A DNA stretch of 64,000 bases, from assembly GCA_001949185.1 (NCBI GenBank), contig BDGG01000001.1, forward strand, positions 9,120,464-9,184,463, read 5' to 3'. The number at the start of each line of letters is the position of its first letter. The stretch's first letter is position 1. Of this stretch, positions 28,091-41,477 are shown piece after piece. The notes below the pieces were generated by a model. The model was not told the origin of the DNA and did no database searches. It was given only the letters and a program-made list of their open reading frames with translations. This stretch comes from Ramazzottius varieornatus. Its lineage: Eukaryota; Animalia; Tardigrada. The translations under genes and the position numbers were made by a program.

Positions 28091-31000
28091 CTAACGTTGG
28101 TCCTGTTGAAAGCGCGAGCTGGCTCGTCGAGGTGGCGCCTCCGAGTGCTCCAAGCGCAGAGAAGCGTTGCGCTGGACAGCCGTGGGCTTGCCATTTGGAC
28201 GAGGATGGTTGGCAGTCTTGCTACCGTTGGTCTGGATAGTGGAACGCGCGTGCGGTTGCGTGCTACTCTGTGGCGCTCGCGGAGGAAGTGGGCGTGAGGA
28301 AGCGGAAGGAGGAAGGAGCGGCGGCAGCGAAGGTGGCTCGAGAAAGAAGGAAGCTTCGCTGCTGAGGCAAGGACTGCTGTCGCGGCTGCGTAACTCGGTA
28401 TCTTCGTCGTTCTCCTCGTCGGCATCACCGTCAGCATACTCTCCATCACTGGCATCGTCCACAGTCGAAGCTGTAATAAACAACCAAGAAGATGCATCAG
28501 TGTGCTCTTTCAAGTAGCATATGGACAGTCAAGAGGCTGCTAACCAGTCTGCAGGTCGCCGTCAGCGGTCATGTTAGACTCGAAGCTTCGCGTTCGAGGT
28601 GGCATTGTTGCGCCTTGAGCGCCCTGTGCTCGCTGGCCTTGCACAGTGTGAGCCAGCGAAGGAGGGGGAGGTTGTATGAAGCGGGGATTGCGGGGTGGTG
28701 GTGCCGGCTTGGCCAGCTCTTTACCCTGGCTATTGCGCGATGGGGCCAAGGCGTGTTCCTGCTGCATCAAGGCCACACCTTCATGCATCTCCTCCCCATC
28801 GTCCTGCAGCTCCGCTTCCGACTCGGTGTCACAACGCTGACACTCACCGTCCTGGCTATAGTACAGGGCCGAATAGTCATCTTCATTCCTGTTAGTTGAT
28901 GTACATTCGGAGGGTGGCGGGTGACGTGGTGGTGGTGGCAGGAAGTCGGCCAGGTTGAGCGTAGGCAGGAAGTTAGCTTTACCCTTGTTGAAGTGAGGCT
29001 GCATGGACTGAGTTAGTTTAGCCGAGTTAGAGCGTGTACTGCTGCTTCGAGGGGATGAACGATGACTGTGGACGCTGACGGTCTCAGGGTGGGACTGGTG
29101 GGAGCGCGAGGAAAGACTGGAGTCGTTAGCGGCAGCGATCGGTGCTGGACCATGCTGTAGACAGGCTCCATTGTCATACCTGTAACATGTCACATGTCAT
29201 ACATGGACTTTGAGTGACGAACTACAAGACTGTCTACCTTATGTAAGACCCATCAGCGAAGGCAGTGGCTAGCTCATTGTACAATGGCGGCTGTTCCTGT
29301 GATTCTTCCTGATAGTAGCGCTGCTTCTGCATGGCCAGCGTCGAGGTGGCATAGGGCGAAGCGCCATTGAGGTCGTTGTCATGCAGGTGCTGCTGTTGCT
29401 CTTTCAGCTGGTTAGCTTGGTTGGCCCAGGCGCAGTCGTGATCGTGGAGGCCTGGGCCGTTCCAGGGTCCCAAGTAGACATTGCCGTTAGGCACTGCCCC
29501 ACCTCGTCGTCCCAGGATGGCACTAGAGTCGGGCAAGAGAGAGGTGGTCGTTGTCTGCATCCCCGAGTGGAAAGGAATGCCCATTTGCTGGATGGCCAAG
29601 GGTGGATAGGTCTTGCGTCGCAGTGTGCCCTGGGCTCGTCGCATGTACAACATCAGGCAGAAGGTGATGAGCAGCAGCAGCAAGACACCACCCAGCGAGC
29701 CGATGAACCAGGGCTCGCGAAGAAAGTCGACTGTCCCTGACACTGGTCGCTCTATAAGGAGCCATAACATGGCAGGTTAGAATATAAGGTTGACAGCCTA
29801 CCACAAGGCAAAGAGTCCATCCTTACCCATGCGGATATAGATGGGCTTGGATAGGAGACCCAGGCCTGCTTCGGTTCGGGCGGCCATCAGGATGCGATAG
29901 CGCATGCCGGCCGTCAGGTTACCCACCACTTCCGTCCCCCCATCTTTGTGACCTGCAACGGTGATGTTGCGCATCTGTAGGGAAGTGATGGTTGATGGTG
30001 AGAAAGGAAGAGTGTTGGATGGACTGGAGGTGTTGGCGCTTTGAGCGGGGATAACCAGAAGACGATAGTCCAATAGACGTCCGTTGAGGTGGTCGGCAGA
30101 AACCGGCTGCCAGCTGATGGCCAGTGCTGTCATGTTGACTAGCTGCACTTGCATCTCCCGAGGTGCTTCATCCGGTACTACAGCCACACCAACAAACTAA
30201 CATTACTCTCTTCCCGCCTTTACCTACTACTTTCTCCATCTCTATCATCCCTTTCTCATTTCTAGTAACCTTGTGTAGTTTCTGTTTGTTCTTTTGGTAT
30301 CGCTGCTTCCTCATTTTTTGAGTGTAGGCTACTGTCTTCGAATAAAGGCCATAGACGTAACCTTGTTCGTTTTTCTCCCATAATTGTCAAATTTTTTTTG
30401 CTTACAACACTCCTTCGATTTATCTGGGTAAATCAAGTTTGTGTTGGTAGGGTGAATTAGCTGTGCAAACAAGTCCATTCTATTGTAAGTGCTGAGAAAC
30501 GATTTCTGTTGAAGTGAGCAATAATTACAAGTTACAGCGTTCACTTTACCTCAATTTTGTCGAAGTACAATGTCTGCAAGTGTTTTACACTCTTGCCTGG
30601 TCTGTTCGCCCCACTTGGCCACAAGCTCAGCGTTCTAGACTACACTGCTCATTCGAGCGTGAAACATTCTTCTCTTTTTCCTCTTGACTGCCCTGAGCAA
30701 TGTTATACTGCTCTCGAAAGGCAAAAGAATAGGACAGCCAGCCGAGCGTGAAGAGAGAAATAAAGTGGAGAAAGAGGGCTTTGCTTTGGCAGTACGTACC
30801 ATCTTGGAGTGTTTGACAAGTCATCATGTTGCTGGCCGTTCCTTTAAAGTCTTTGTAGAAGGGAACCAGCACAAACTCGTACTTGGTGTACTTCCGCAGG
30901 TTCAGTAGCGTGTGCGTTTGGGCTAATCCGCGCCGAACACTGACCAACGAGTAGTTGCCGCTGTGGCCGTTGTGCAATGGCCGAAACTTGATAAAGTAAC

Positions 31001-33772
31001 CGCCAATGTACTTTTCATTGCGCAGAATGTTCCAGTACAAGTTGACCGCCGTCGAAGAAATGGCCTTTACCTGCACAGTTAAAAGAGTCAGTATAAACGA
31101 AATTGCCCACAACGACTATATTGCCAGAGCCTAGTGGGCACAAAGTCCGATGGGAGTAACTTCCCGGTCGGCACAGCCATACGAAGCCAAGGCAAAGAGA
31201 AGAGGGGATTACCTCGGTCAAGTGGACCAGCTGTTGTCCAAATTTAGCCTTGATATCAGCCAGATCGAATTCGGGCAGCGGGCGAAAGTTGCCCAGTGTC
31301 CTGATGGGTTCGGACATGACACTGGGTAGGGATATGCCGTGGCTGTTGATGGCTCTGACCAGAAAGAGGTAGGAAGTATCGGGTCGCATGTTATTCAGCA
31401 CTAGACGGGTGGCAGTGACCAGCTCGGCCGCTGTGATCCAGCCTGCTGGAATATCAAAGCTAAAGTACTCCACCCGATATCCCAACACCGCACTGGCTCC
31501 TTCCTCCAGCGGCGCTCGCCAACTAATCTCCACATGTGTCTCGCTGACATTTAACACTTGCGCTTTACTAGGCGCTGAAGGGAATGTCGACGCATCAGGC
31601 ATTCTACAATTCAAGAGAAGCACACGTTGAAAAAAGTACCTAACCTTGTCAAATATCTTCAAAAACAACTTGATCCTTCCTCCCAGTTGCGCACGCTGTT
31701 GGCCTATCACACCAGGGGCGTGCGCCACTTGATAAACCCATCTTTCTAGAGCTTGTTGGCTGAGCTTCCATTTTGTATCAACAGAAGTAGGGCGTACCTG
31801 TGGAAGATGACGTGAGGGTTGGTGGGCGACTCGACCACCAAGCTAGCCGACCATGTCGTGTCGCCACTCTCGGACGAAGCCACACAAGTATAGATGCCCG
31901 AGTCGGCAGTCTGTAGGTCCGACAGCTGCAACGTTCCCGAGTCCAGCAGCGTTAAACGGGCATTGTGCGTGCTGGAGAGGAGCATGCCATCTTTGACCCA
32001 CTGGATAGTGGCGGGCGGCACATCGGAAGCCTGGCAGGGCAGCATGGCCAGGGAGTTGAGAGCCAGTGTCTGGTTAGCGGGGCCGACTCGAATGACAGGC
32101 GGTGGCACTTCGGCGGCGTGCGACACTTCCAGGTAGGCCTTGGCGATGGAACTGCCGGCCACAGACAGCGCCGAACAGACATAGTGACCACTGTCTTCCT
32201 TCTTCACAGTGTCGATGATCAGCGTGCCATCAGCTTGCACCGACAAACGACCGTGAGGCTGGCCTGGGAACATCAGCACCTGACTACCTTCCTTCGTCCT
32301 GCACAAAGAAACATCGTCGTCGATAATTTTATGAAGCTTCAAAGTCGCTACGTTGTACATATGGGGTAGAAGGATGCGAGGTCTTTGGCCTACCAAAAGA
32401 CGGCGGGTGGCGGGTTTCCGGTGGTCAAGCAGTCAAAGCTGACAGCGCCATTGAGTGCCACACGTTGATCGCGAGGCGTGATGAGGAAACTAGGTCGACT
32501 GTGGACGGTCAACATAGCCGAGGCCGAGGCGGAACCCACAATATTTTCCGCTTCACAAATGTAAACACCCTATATGCATACAATACACAAAGTCATCGTA
32601 CGGCTCATCTTCCCCGCATACTACGCACAATCGATATAGCCAGCTCGTATACCGTACCTCATCAGTGGGGGAAACACGTTCGATCCGCAGTGAACGATCC
32701 TCCTGCAGTATAACCCGACTATCCTTTAGCGGCCACCGTCCATCCTTCTTCCGCCATGTCACATTAGGCTCGGGATCGCCCGTCACTTTACACTCAAAGA
32801 TAATGTTGTCCTATATGACAAACGATTACTTAGAGGGATAGCATAAGGGTGGAGGGAAGAGCATTCCGTACCTCGGCAATGGCCGTGATGTCTTGTGGTA
32901 GAGCCAGGAAGGACGGTTTGATATGCACCGTTAACGAAGCGCTATGCGATTCTTTCTGGCCGACAATGTTATCAGCCACACAGACGTATTGACCGGCATC
33001 GGAAGCCTGCACTTCCGTGATGACCAGATTACCTTCGTCCATCAAAGCCAAGCGCCCCGTGGCCTTCACTTCTTTGCCATCGCGCTTCCAAAAGACTTTG
33101 GGTTCGGGGAAGCCGCGTGGTGGTTGGCATTCCAGTAGAGCCGTTTCCCCGGCTGCCACTTGCAACTCCTTGCTGGGTTGCCGTCGAAACTCATCCCGCA
33201 ACACTACAATGGCCACAATGGTTAACGTTTGCTCAAGAAAAAAAGAGGACGCGTTGCGCGAAATGACATTTACTTACGGGCCACTTGAAGGGATGCGTTG
33301 CGGGAGCGAGCTTGGCCCAAAGCGTTGATGGCCACACACCAGTAGATGCCGGCATCCGGCCGGCCTTTCTTGTTGTGCAGCACGCGACTAAAGTGTAATG
33401 CTCCATTTTGTTGAATTAAGCGCGGAGAGTCGGCCTCGTTGTTGGTAGTGCTGGCTGGTGCGGCTGGCAGGGCGTTGGGGCTTGACGATAAGGAGGAAGC
33501 AATTATGGTCGCTGCTGGTCCCCCACTACTGCTCACCAAATCGCCTGGCTCTTTGTACCACAGTATCTGCGGGCTAGGCTCCCCATCAGCTGCAGAAGAT
33601 ATACAACATTGTCATGATGACAGTATAAAAATCGACATGTTTTCTTGTCAATTACCTTTGCACTGCATTGTAGCCGGTTCATTCTTGGGAACAATGAGAT
33701 CCGAGGGATGTTCGAGTATCCTTGGAGGCCGGCCAGGACGCAGCGTGGCTGCCGGCTGAGCGATAACTTGTC
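28091..33772 (-). CDS. robo: Roundabout (Robo/SAX-3) receptor, 5 Ig + 3 FN3 + TM + cytoplasmic tail; signal-peptide exon lies further upstream
   Basis: Ig1 [24 protein letters not shown]...[11 protein letters not shown], Ig2 [22 protein letters not shown], Ig4 [14 protein letters not shown], Ig5 [14 protein letters not shown], three FN3 domains, [27 protein letters not shown]1-like SPYATST, CC2 [14 protein letters not shown]. Canonical in-phase junctions. Confidence 0.93.
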
Positions 33773-36700
33773 CTGTCAAAATAACAGCCTCAACCTCATA
33801 TTTCAACCTTTATCCAATCCTTCCCTTCATCTTTGAAGCGTCTAGAATAATTATATATTCATTGGGCCCCTACTGTGTCATGCATTGCGTATCAACAACT
33901 TGCCCATCTCCCCCATATGTCATCGAGCCATAAGTTTTGACAATCTAACCACTGTCCGATTTGTTTGTCAGCGATATCATCAAGCCTCGACTTTGCTCAA
34001 TTCCCATGTCTTCTTTATGACGGTCAGACTAGCCTTCAAGACAAATGAGCTTGACGTTGGGATGGGACGGAAGTCATGGTGCAATGTGCAAGGAGAAGGG
34101 AGAATATGATCAAGTAGTAAATTAATGAAGGGAAGCGGCAAATTTAATTAGCGACCTTGTTTGTCTGTCCTATCGCGACATGTCCAGCCATACATCTTCC
34201 TCCTCTCTTCCATCAACTCTATAGTCCACACAAGCAACGCACCAAGTTGGTGAAGCCTCAACAGAACTGGCCATCCCACCGAAAGTTGACGCTGGGTCGC
34301 CGCAATTTTCATTGGGGTCCTAGGCTACCAGCACACTTCAGTCTCAGCGACAAAGACAAGGAAGAGGGTGGAAGTGCGTTGGGACATGGAGAAGTCCGTG
34401 ATGGTTGATGATGATGATGAGGAGGAGGGGAGCGAGGAAGAGTGTAGTGTAATGTGCAGCTATCCATGGCCTGCATAACATGTCATGCTTTCCGCGGAAA
34501 GTTGACTTGCGCCGCTCTGCCAGCTCTCTCGGATATTAGTCCCTACTTCTGCCTATCCAACATACACAAGGAGGAAAGTCTGAATAACACTCTGGAGCTG
34601 TATGGCGATATTACGGTTCAAATCAATAAAAGTTTAATTGCCTTTTCATATTGCTGTGCATGTGCTGTTGGGCTATTCAGAGCGGCAAGCGCGCTGCTTT
34701 TGAGATGGCCTCCATTTACGCGCACCGTAACACCATCATGGACCGGTTATCAACTTTAATTTGCCAATATGTCATCGAAACATGTCTCCCTTCCTAAAGA
34801 GGCCTATACCTAGCTGCCAACCTTCTCGCTGTTCTTCGCGTCGAAAACATGAGAAAAACGACCGGAAGTTACTCTAGCTGATTGCCAGCTGTGAAGGACT
34901 GGCTTTCTCAGATACACAGCAAACTTGTCACTTCTGCAAACCGCGCTTTGACATATTCAAAAGGGTATACAGCGGCTCTTGGCGGTATATAACAACTAGG
35001 CTTCACTTGAATGGATGTGTAATGCCACAACGTGCGATGACATGAATCGAAATTGCTCATTATCATCATGCTCTGCAATATTATTCATTCAGCTCAAGCC
35101 GTAGATCCACACGCAATCTATTACGCCATAACAAGCTGCATACGCTCTACAGGTCTCCCCCAGCCTAGCCGGATCGGTAGTTCGGCAGAAAAAAAAGCTG
35201 ATTTCACGATGGCAGGTTGCACCTGGATTTTATGCCAATTCCATGGCCTTGTTTAGTCAAAGACCTGCCAAAATCAGATAAAAAGTTGATTAGACGCAGA
35301 TTACAAGCTCAGTTAAATCAGATTCCGTGCGTAGGACTCGTGAGTGGAGGAACTGAGAGCAGGAACCAAGAACCCGACTGGGCTGGCCCTCACTCGTCCA
35401 CCACAACTCGTCAACTTTCCATCCATCCATGCATGGAGATGCATGAACAAGAAACTTCATTCAATGCACAAGGACGAAAAGTGCCCAACCACTGTCCATC
35501 AGAAAGCAGTCAAGCCAAATCTATCAGAAAGGAGAATGGTCAGCACGTACAGTCCCTTCCCCGTTACCACCGCAAAAGCTATCGATGAAAGTTGCATGGT
35601 GGACTTGAGATCAGAGCGCGATCAAGGCAGCGCTATACAGCTAGCTTAACCTACATTTCATCGCCGCAGCATAACACTGGTATAAGAGCCAGCGAATGTG
35701 ATGGTCGATCGACAAACTTAACCAACGACGGAAGTGAAGATGAAGCAGGCTGCACGCCAACGGAAAGCAACAGAAGAGGCCAAGTTGGCTAGTGAGAAAT
35801 TAGTAAGAGATGAAATTAAAGCTATACAGCGGATGAATATCACAGTGAAGAGCTGGGCAGTGTGTGTTTGCACTTGACCGGTGGTAAGTTGTTGTTGTCA
35901 AGCATTGCGGCAAAATGACCGTAATTACGCCACTGAATAGCCTCACACATGCAGACATGGACCCCTTCCTAATCCCTATCTGGGACAACTGCCCCTTCAC
36001 TTTAGCCTCAGCTGGACAGTTGTCCAATATTCCAAGACGGGCATCCATGGCCTGTCCATTCCTCCGATCAAGCCCGCCAGGTCTTCAAATCCCTTCCTTC
36101 CTGCTGCTGGCTGAGCGCGACTTCAGGAAGCAGCTTGATCGTGGCTTTAACGACAGCCATGCCATGCAGCCAAGTTCCCCTCTTTGCTTGCCTTATCTTT
36201 GTCGATATATTATACAACGGTACACACGCCGGTCGGAGAGCAGACATTCTTGCTACAGGCCAAACTGTCAACATCGGGCTAGTTGACAGAATAGTGATGT
36301 TTGATGAAATGCCTCGTAATTATACAGCTAAGATAGCCGTTGAACTTTGAGCTATCATACTGTACGGGCCCAAACAAACGCCTAACGTTAACGGCATCCT
36401 CAGGACGTACCTGTCAGGCACCGGGTGAAGATGCAGAGTATCACAGCGAATGGGACGAAGAGATGAGGTCTTTGCAATGGCTGCATTGTCCAGTGGGCAG
36501 TGATCAGCTAGCTTCCATTGTGGTGGTGTCTTTGGGGGCAGGGATGAGAGTAGCAGCTAGGAGCTCTTCCCGTCTTATCCAAACTATTCCATATAGGGGT
36601 GGAATATGAGGCCGGCCATCTGCAATGACAGTGACAGTTGATGTAAAGTTGATTCAGATGTGAGGAGCATGCTCTACTGGGGATGAATAGAATGCACTGA

Positions 36701-39477
36701 CAACTGCCCAACACCGCGACTCTCTCACCCAACTGTGTGAACTAGCCTGTACTCTCGACTATGACGACAGACCGAAATAATAATCAGCACAAATTTACAG
36801 CACCGGTAATGCTTGCATGCAGCGCCAACAGCTGGATCTACTCAGCTACACTTTACACTGCTTCTCGGGCTCTCGTCATGTTGCAGAGCAGAAAAAGACT
36901 TGACAGTCGACGAGTGTCAAGAATTATCCGTCAAAAACTAATTAGCGCAAAGTATTCCACTAGGCCAATCGATATTCTAGTGTCGCGCCCTGTGTTGACG
37001 CAGTTGCCTGCACTAAGCCGGAAAGGAGCTCACTTTACTGTGGAAGAAATCATGATTGAGCTGTTCCGCATCTACGGCAGAGGCCAAGAACCACGGGATA
37101 GAGTGCTCAGCTCCCCGCCTTTATCTGCACTAGCACTCAATCTGCATGCATACTGATGGAAGGAAGATGGATACACAGCTCATGCAGCGATGTCAGTAAA
37201 TGATAGCAGACCAAGCAATTTACTTTGCCAGAAAGAAGAGTCAGAAGACGGACTGAAACGGATAAGTGTGATCCCGACGATGATACAGTCTTCCATCCGT
37301 GCACATCGTCAACTTCCCTCTAAATTGCTAAAGGAAGAAGCAAAGTCGTACAGTAAAGTTCAGTCACACTGAACGTATCGAGGCTTTGAAGCTGTGAACG
37401 GCAATTAGGATACACTTTGTGGTATTAAGCGCTGGCCCTGTTCCACTGTCAACATCCGATCGCGCACCAACCAAGAACCGCTGCACTTCATTCACCTAAC
37501 TTTGTCGGCTAGTCTAAAGGACAGATTGGTACTGTTCACTCCATATGTAGCACTCATCTGTCCTTTATTCCATTCTCTAAACTGCTGAGGTCGCTACTCG
37601 TGTTTCCCGATGACAAACTGTTGTATTCAGCATGTGTCAGACAATGCTTGAAAGATGACGAGATTCAATTAGACGCACTGACTCACCTCGAAAGCTACCA
37701 ACAAGTTCCTTGTGCAAGCATTCCTTCCGGTTCGTCGATCGGCTAACGTGACTTTCAACATGAGCAAGATCAGCAAAAATATCCCACTGGATGCGTCGGA
37801 AAGCAAAGACTGGCGGATAGCTGGTCCAAAGCCAGAACAAGGAATGAGTAATGGGATGAATGGGATGGCAGAGAGGTAAAAGCCTGTCGACGGGATGCGG
37901 GAGAACCAAGCCTGTAATTTATCGAGGAAGCTTTGGGGGAAAATGAGAAAGAGGGGCAAGCGCTGTTGGAGAGGACTAGCTAGCATGAAGGCTGCACAGT
38001 CTACAATCGGAAATCGGCGTGGGCAAGCGGTAACATTGCTTGTGCCGGTCAGACGAGAGATTTAGACGGCAGCATGCTTCGGTCTCCGCTCTCGCTATTA
38101 AGCTTTACCGAGATTAGGAGCAGGAGAGAGCAGCATAGCAAGCCAGGCAGCAGCATCAACTATGGATCGGCTGCGGCCTGCGGGTCAGAAGCTTATCAGC
38201 GAGGCAGTGTACGCTATACTTTCGCTTTCCCCGGCCGCATATTTGACTGGCGGCGTGCATGCTCAATGTTGACGGCCCCAATGTCCCTTCTGCCATCCTT
38301 CTCCTCACTCTCTTGACCAGCAGAGCTAGCCATGCCTCGTTATCACATGTCCTGACTTGACTGACCAGAGCTTACGCTTATCTCCTCACAATGCAGTCAA
38401 GCTGCAAGATGAACGCTGTACATTTTTGGACGATACATATGCCAAAAGCAGCCTTTAACCGGGAACTGCATGGACAAGGCAAGCACACCATCCCCCCTTC
38501 CCTTATCCATAATGTCCATTATCGCTCTGGCAATCCCCAAAGCTCGATGAGTTTTCGGTCATCAAGCAGCTGCATTTCCGCCCAGCGCTCGACAGATTGT
38601 TGCACCAGGGAATAAGCTCTATATCATAACCCACAACCTGGGAAGAATGGAGAAACCGCCATGGTGCAGTGCTACAGAGAATGTACCGGACGTACGAGGT
38701 CTCCGCCATAAGCATACCGCCGCGCATGTGCCAGCATACCCAGACTTCTCCTGACACCGAAAGACAATAATTCTGTTCTTCGGGAAACCTTACTTCCGAC
38801 CTCGAAGTCTCAGTGTTCGGTTCTTCCTTATAAGTCCATCGTAGCATAGTTGGCACGATAGTCAGACAGTCTCGGCCAAAAAACCCCACAAAGCTGGACA
38901 AGCTGTGAGTAGATGCAGCCCGACGAGTTCCTACGAGAACTTGAGATCCTCGAAGTATTTCTTGTACGGAGCAGTAAAGTAGAAATGCTGGCAGGAAGCT
39001 TGTGAGTCCCCGACCACTCTCCGTGCAAGCCACGAAACCAGCCAAGTGGAGCAGTAGTAAAGGGACTTCAACTTTGCGTGACTGAAGATCCATCTCCTGG
39101 TACTCGATGCAACCAGTCTCTAGAGAACCGTGATCCAGAGACGGAGAGAGAGCTGTTAGTGGTGCTGCCCCCTACATACCGGTCCCTCCCTGCACAGAAC
39201 TGATGCTGGGCCTGAATGAAAGTTTCCCTCGATATGCACAAGATATTCAGCGGTCATCAGCACTTCCTTCCTTCTGAGCATGTTTGTTGGACGGCACGCC
39301 GACATTGCAATTTCACCCCCCACAAAGGCAACATATCCACAGAGAAGAGCAGTGATGGACAGAATGAACAGCTAGAGCTGGTCGCCGAACCATGCACAGC
39401 GTAGACAGGCCATTCATTCAAACTATCCCACCATCTTCACCAGCAAATGAGCTAGCCATATGCCATCCTAAAGACAC

Positions 39478-40995
39478 CTAGATGGCCACCACAAAAACTC
39501 TTTCTAACGGTACGGCAACTTCGCAAGTCAGATGAGGGCGCAATAGATCAACTATCCTACACGTCGCCTCAAGGTCCTTTAGTCTTACAAACTTGCGATA
39601 ACATATTGGCCCACTTGAACCGCAGGCCAAAGTTGCACAATTAACGTGACTACAGGTCCAGGATGAAGAGAAAGCCTGGGATGTTCCCTCGCTCTTTTCC
39701 CCTAAGCAGCACTTTCCTCTCCTTAAGTTTTGTGAAGCCATCTCTTGATCGTCGATGAACAAGCCATTCTTTCTGTCTACAGATGGCAAACACAACTGTA
39801 TTACGCCACCCCCAATGAAGTACGAGGTACCAGGGTCTTACAGTACCAATGTAATACAGTATCCGTCGCGAACCGTTTTTGCCGAGAGGGACAGTCCCTA
39901 GGTGCCAAGTCTGTCCCGGTTTGCCACCTCCTCAAAGACGAAAGGCGGGTATAAGCTATAGGATACTAGAATTCTGAGTGCTTCAGTTTCTATGCTTAAC
40001 ACACGGACGATTCGGTGTCGGACGAACATTCGTGAGGTTCGCTACAGGCTGATACAGATGCGTTATAGTCCCTCAACCAGTACCCCAAGTTCTGCCAATG
40101 AAGCCTCCAGTACAGCTTACCCGATGTCGCCCCGAACGGCGTGCAGTACGGAGTATCCACGGAAGAATAGTCGAGTCCCAGGAGATGTGTCCGCCACGTT
40201 TCTGGAAAAACAGAAGAATTAGTCATCGTTATCTGAAAATACCAGTTTGTTTTCCTAGTTCTATGCAGCCCCCAAGCCAAGGACCATCAGGAATTCAAAA
40301 CGGACATTCCTAAGCAAAACGTCGAATACCGTTTTCCTCTGATCCTTTCAAAATCGCCAAACAAAGACAGCCCGAACACTTACAGTTCGCTGTTCTAACC
40401 TCCTCATTAGCGATCCCGCCTTTACGGTCTGTTGTAGCCGATTTCTCTTCTTCGCATGCATCGCGTCGAAAATCGCCCCGATCCAGTCAATAGCGTTCGG
40501 CCAAACTTTTCCAAACACGTGTATCGTGCAGGGTTCCCCCTTCAGCCCACACGGGAAACTCAGGATGGTGGAGTCGGCCAATGACCAGCACATCCTCCTA
40601 GAGTAACACCGAAAACATACGTATTACGTCTGTTCTTCCAAGTTTCAGCACCGGAATTAAGACAAGTATTGCAATGAGTGGCATACAAACCATTCGAATG
40701 AACGCATTTCCGTCGATGACGTCACTACATTAGCTGTGTATTTGACTCCGGCAGTCGCGAGTCGCGATTTCGAGGCATGTTTGTCCAGCTCCCGTTCGTC
40801 TCTGTCAATTAGAACAACCTGTAAAACAATAGGCACTCGGCAGTTGGCCCAAGAGACGAATTACCACTACTACACAGAAAGCACCTGTGATCGGTGCTGC
40901 CAGAAGAGTTCGCACATCTCCATAGCCTCCGGACTGACGTCCTGCGCTGCTGGAAGCCGGCCGTAATGCCAATTCTTTCCAAATCTCTGAGTCAC
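39478..40995 (-). CDS. Unidentified multi-exon protein (up to about 345 aa in this model), head-to-head with ADAT3; 5' end unresolved
   Basis: Seven consecutive GT-AG exons (40995-40885, 40818-40691, 40597-40384, 40344-40285, 40232-40121, 39955-39842, 39776-39478) join without stops. NAIDWIGAIFDAM resembles a PH-fold C-terminal helix (tentative). Confidence 0.55.
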
Positions 40996-41477
40996 CTAAA
41001 CCACGGTGTACCACGAGTAAGCGGCAATGTCCATGGGTGCTATCATGGAAAAGCATGTACGGAGATTCCGAGAAAGAACAAAGAACAGTTTCGGGTGGGC
41101 AGGGAAAACTAAGGCGAATGACCGAATCCAAGCATGTCGCTGAGCCCAATCTTTCTTTCCGATCCAGCGCTTATTCCCACTCCGGTGCAAATGCCTCCCA
41201 TGTCCTCCATCTGCGAGCAGCTTAAGTTCTTAGCTCGTGGTTCACGTGCCCGAAAACCAGTGTGACGAGAAAGATTATGCACTTTCGGCTTTAGATTTAG
41301 ACCGGAAACGATCACACATTACTGACAGTCAGTATGTCAAAATCTCAACTTACTGACGTTTCGCCTTACCTGTCATTATTCCATAACATAACATGACGGA
41401 AGCTGGCCTCATCGTGATGGAGTAATGGACCCGAGCGGGGATCCTCATGCTCAGTCTCGTTGCGACGACGACTTGTG

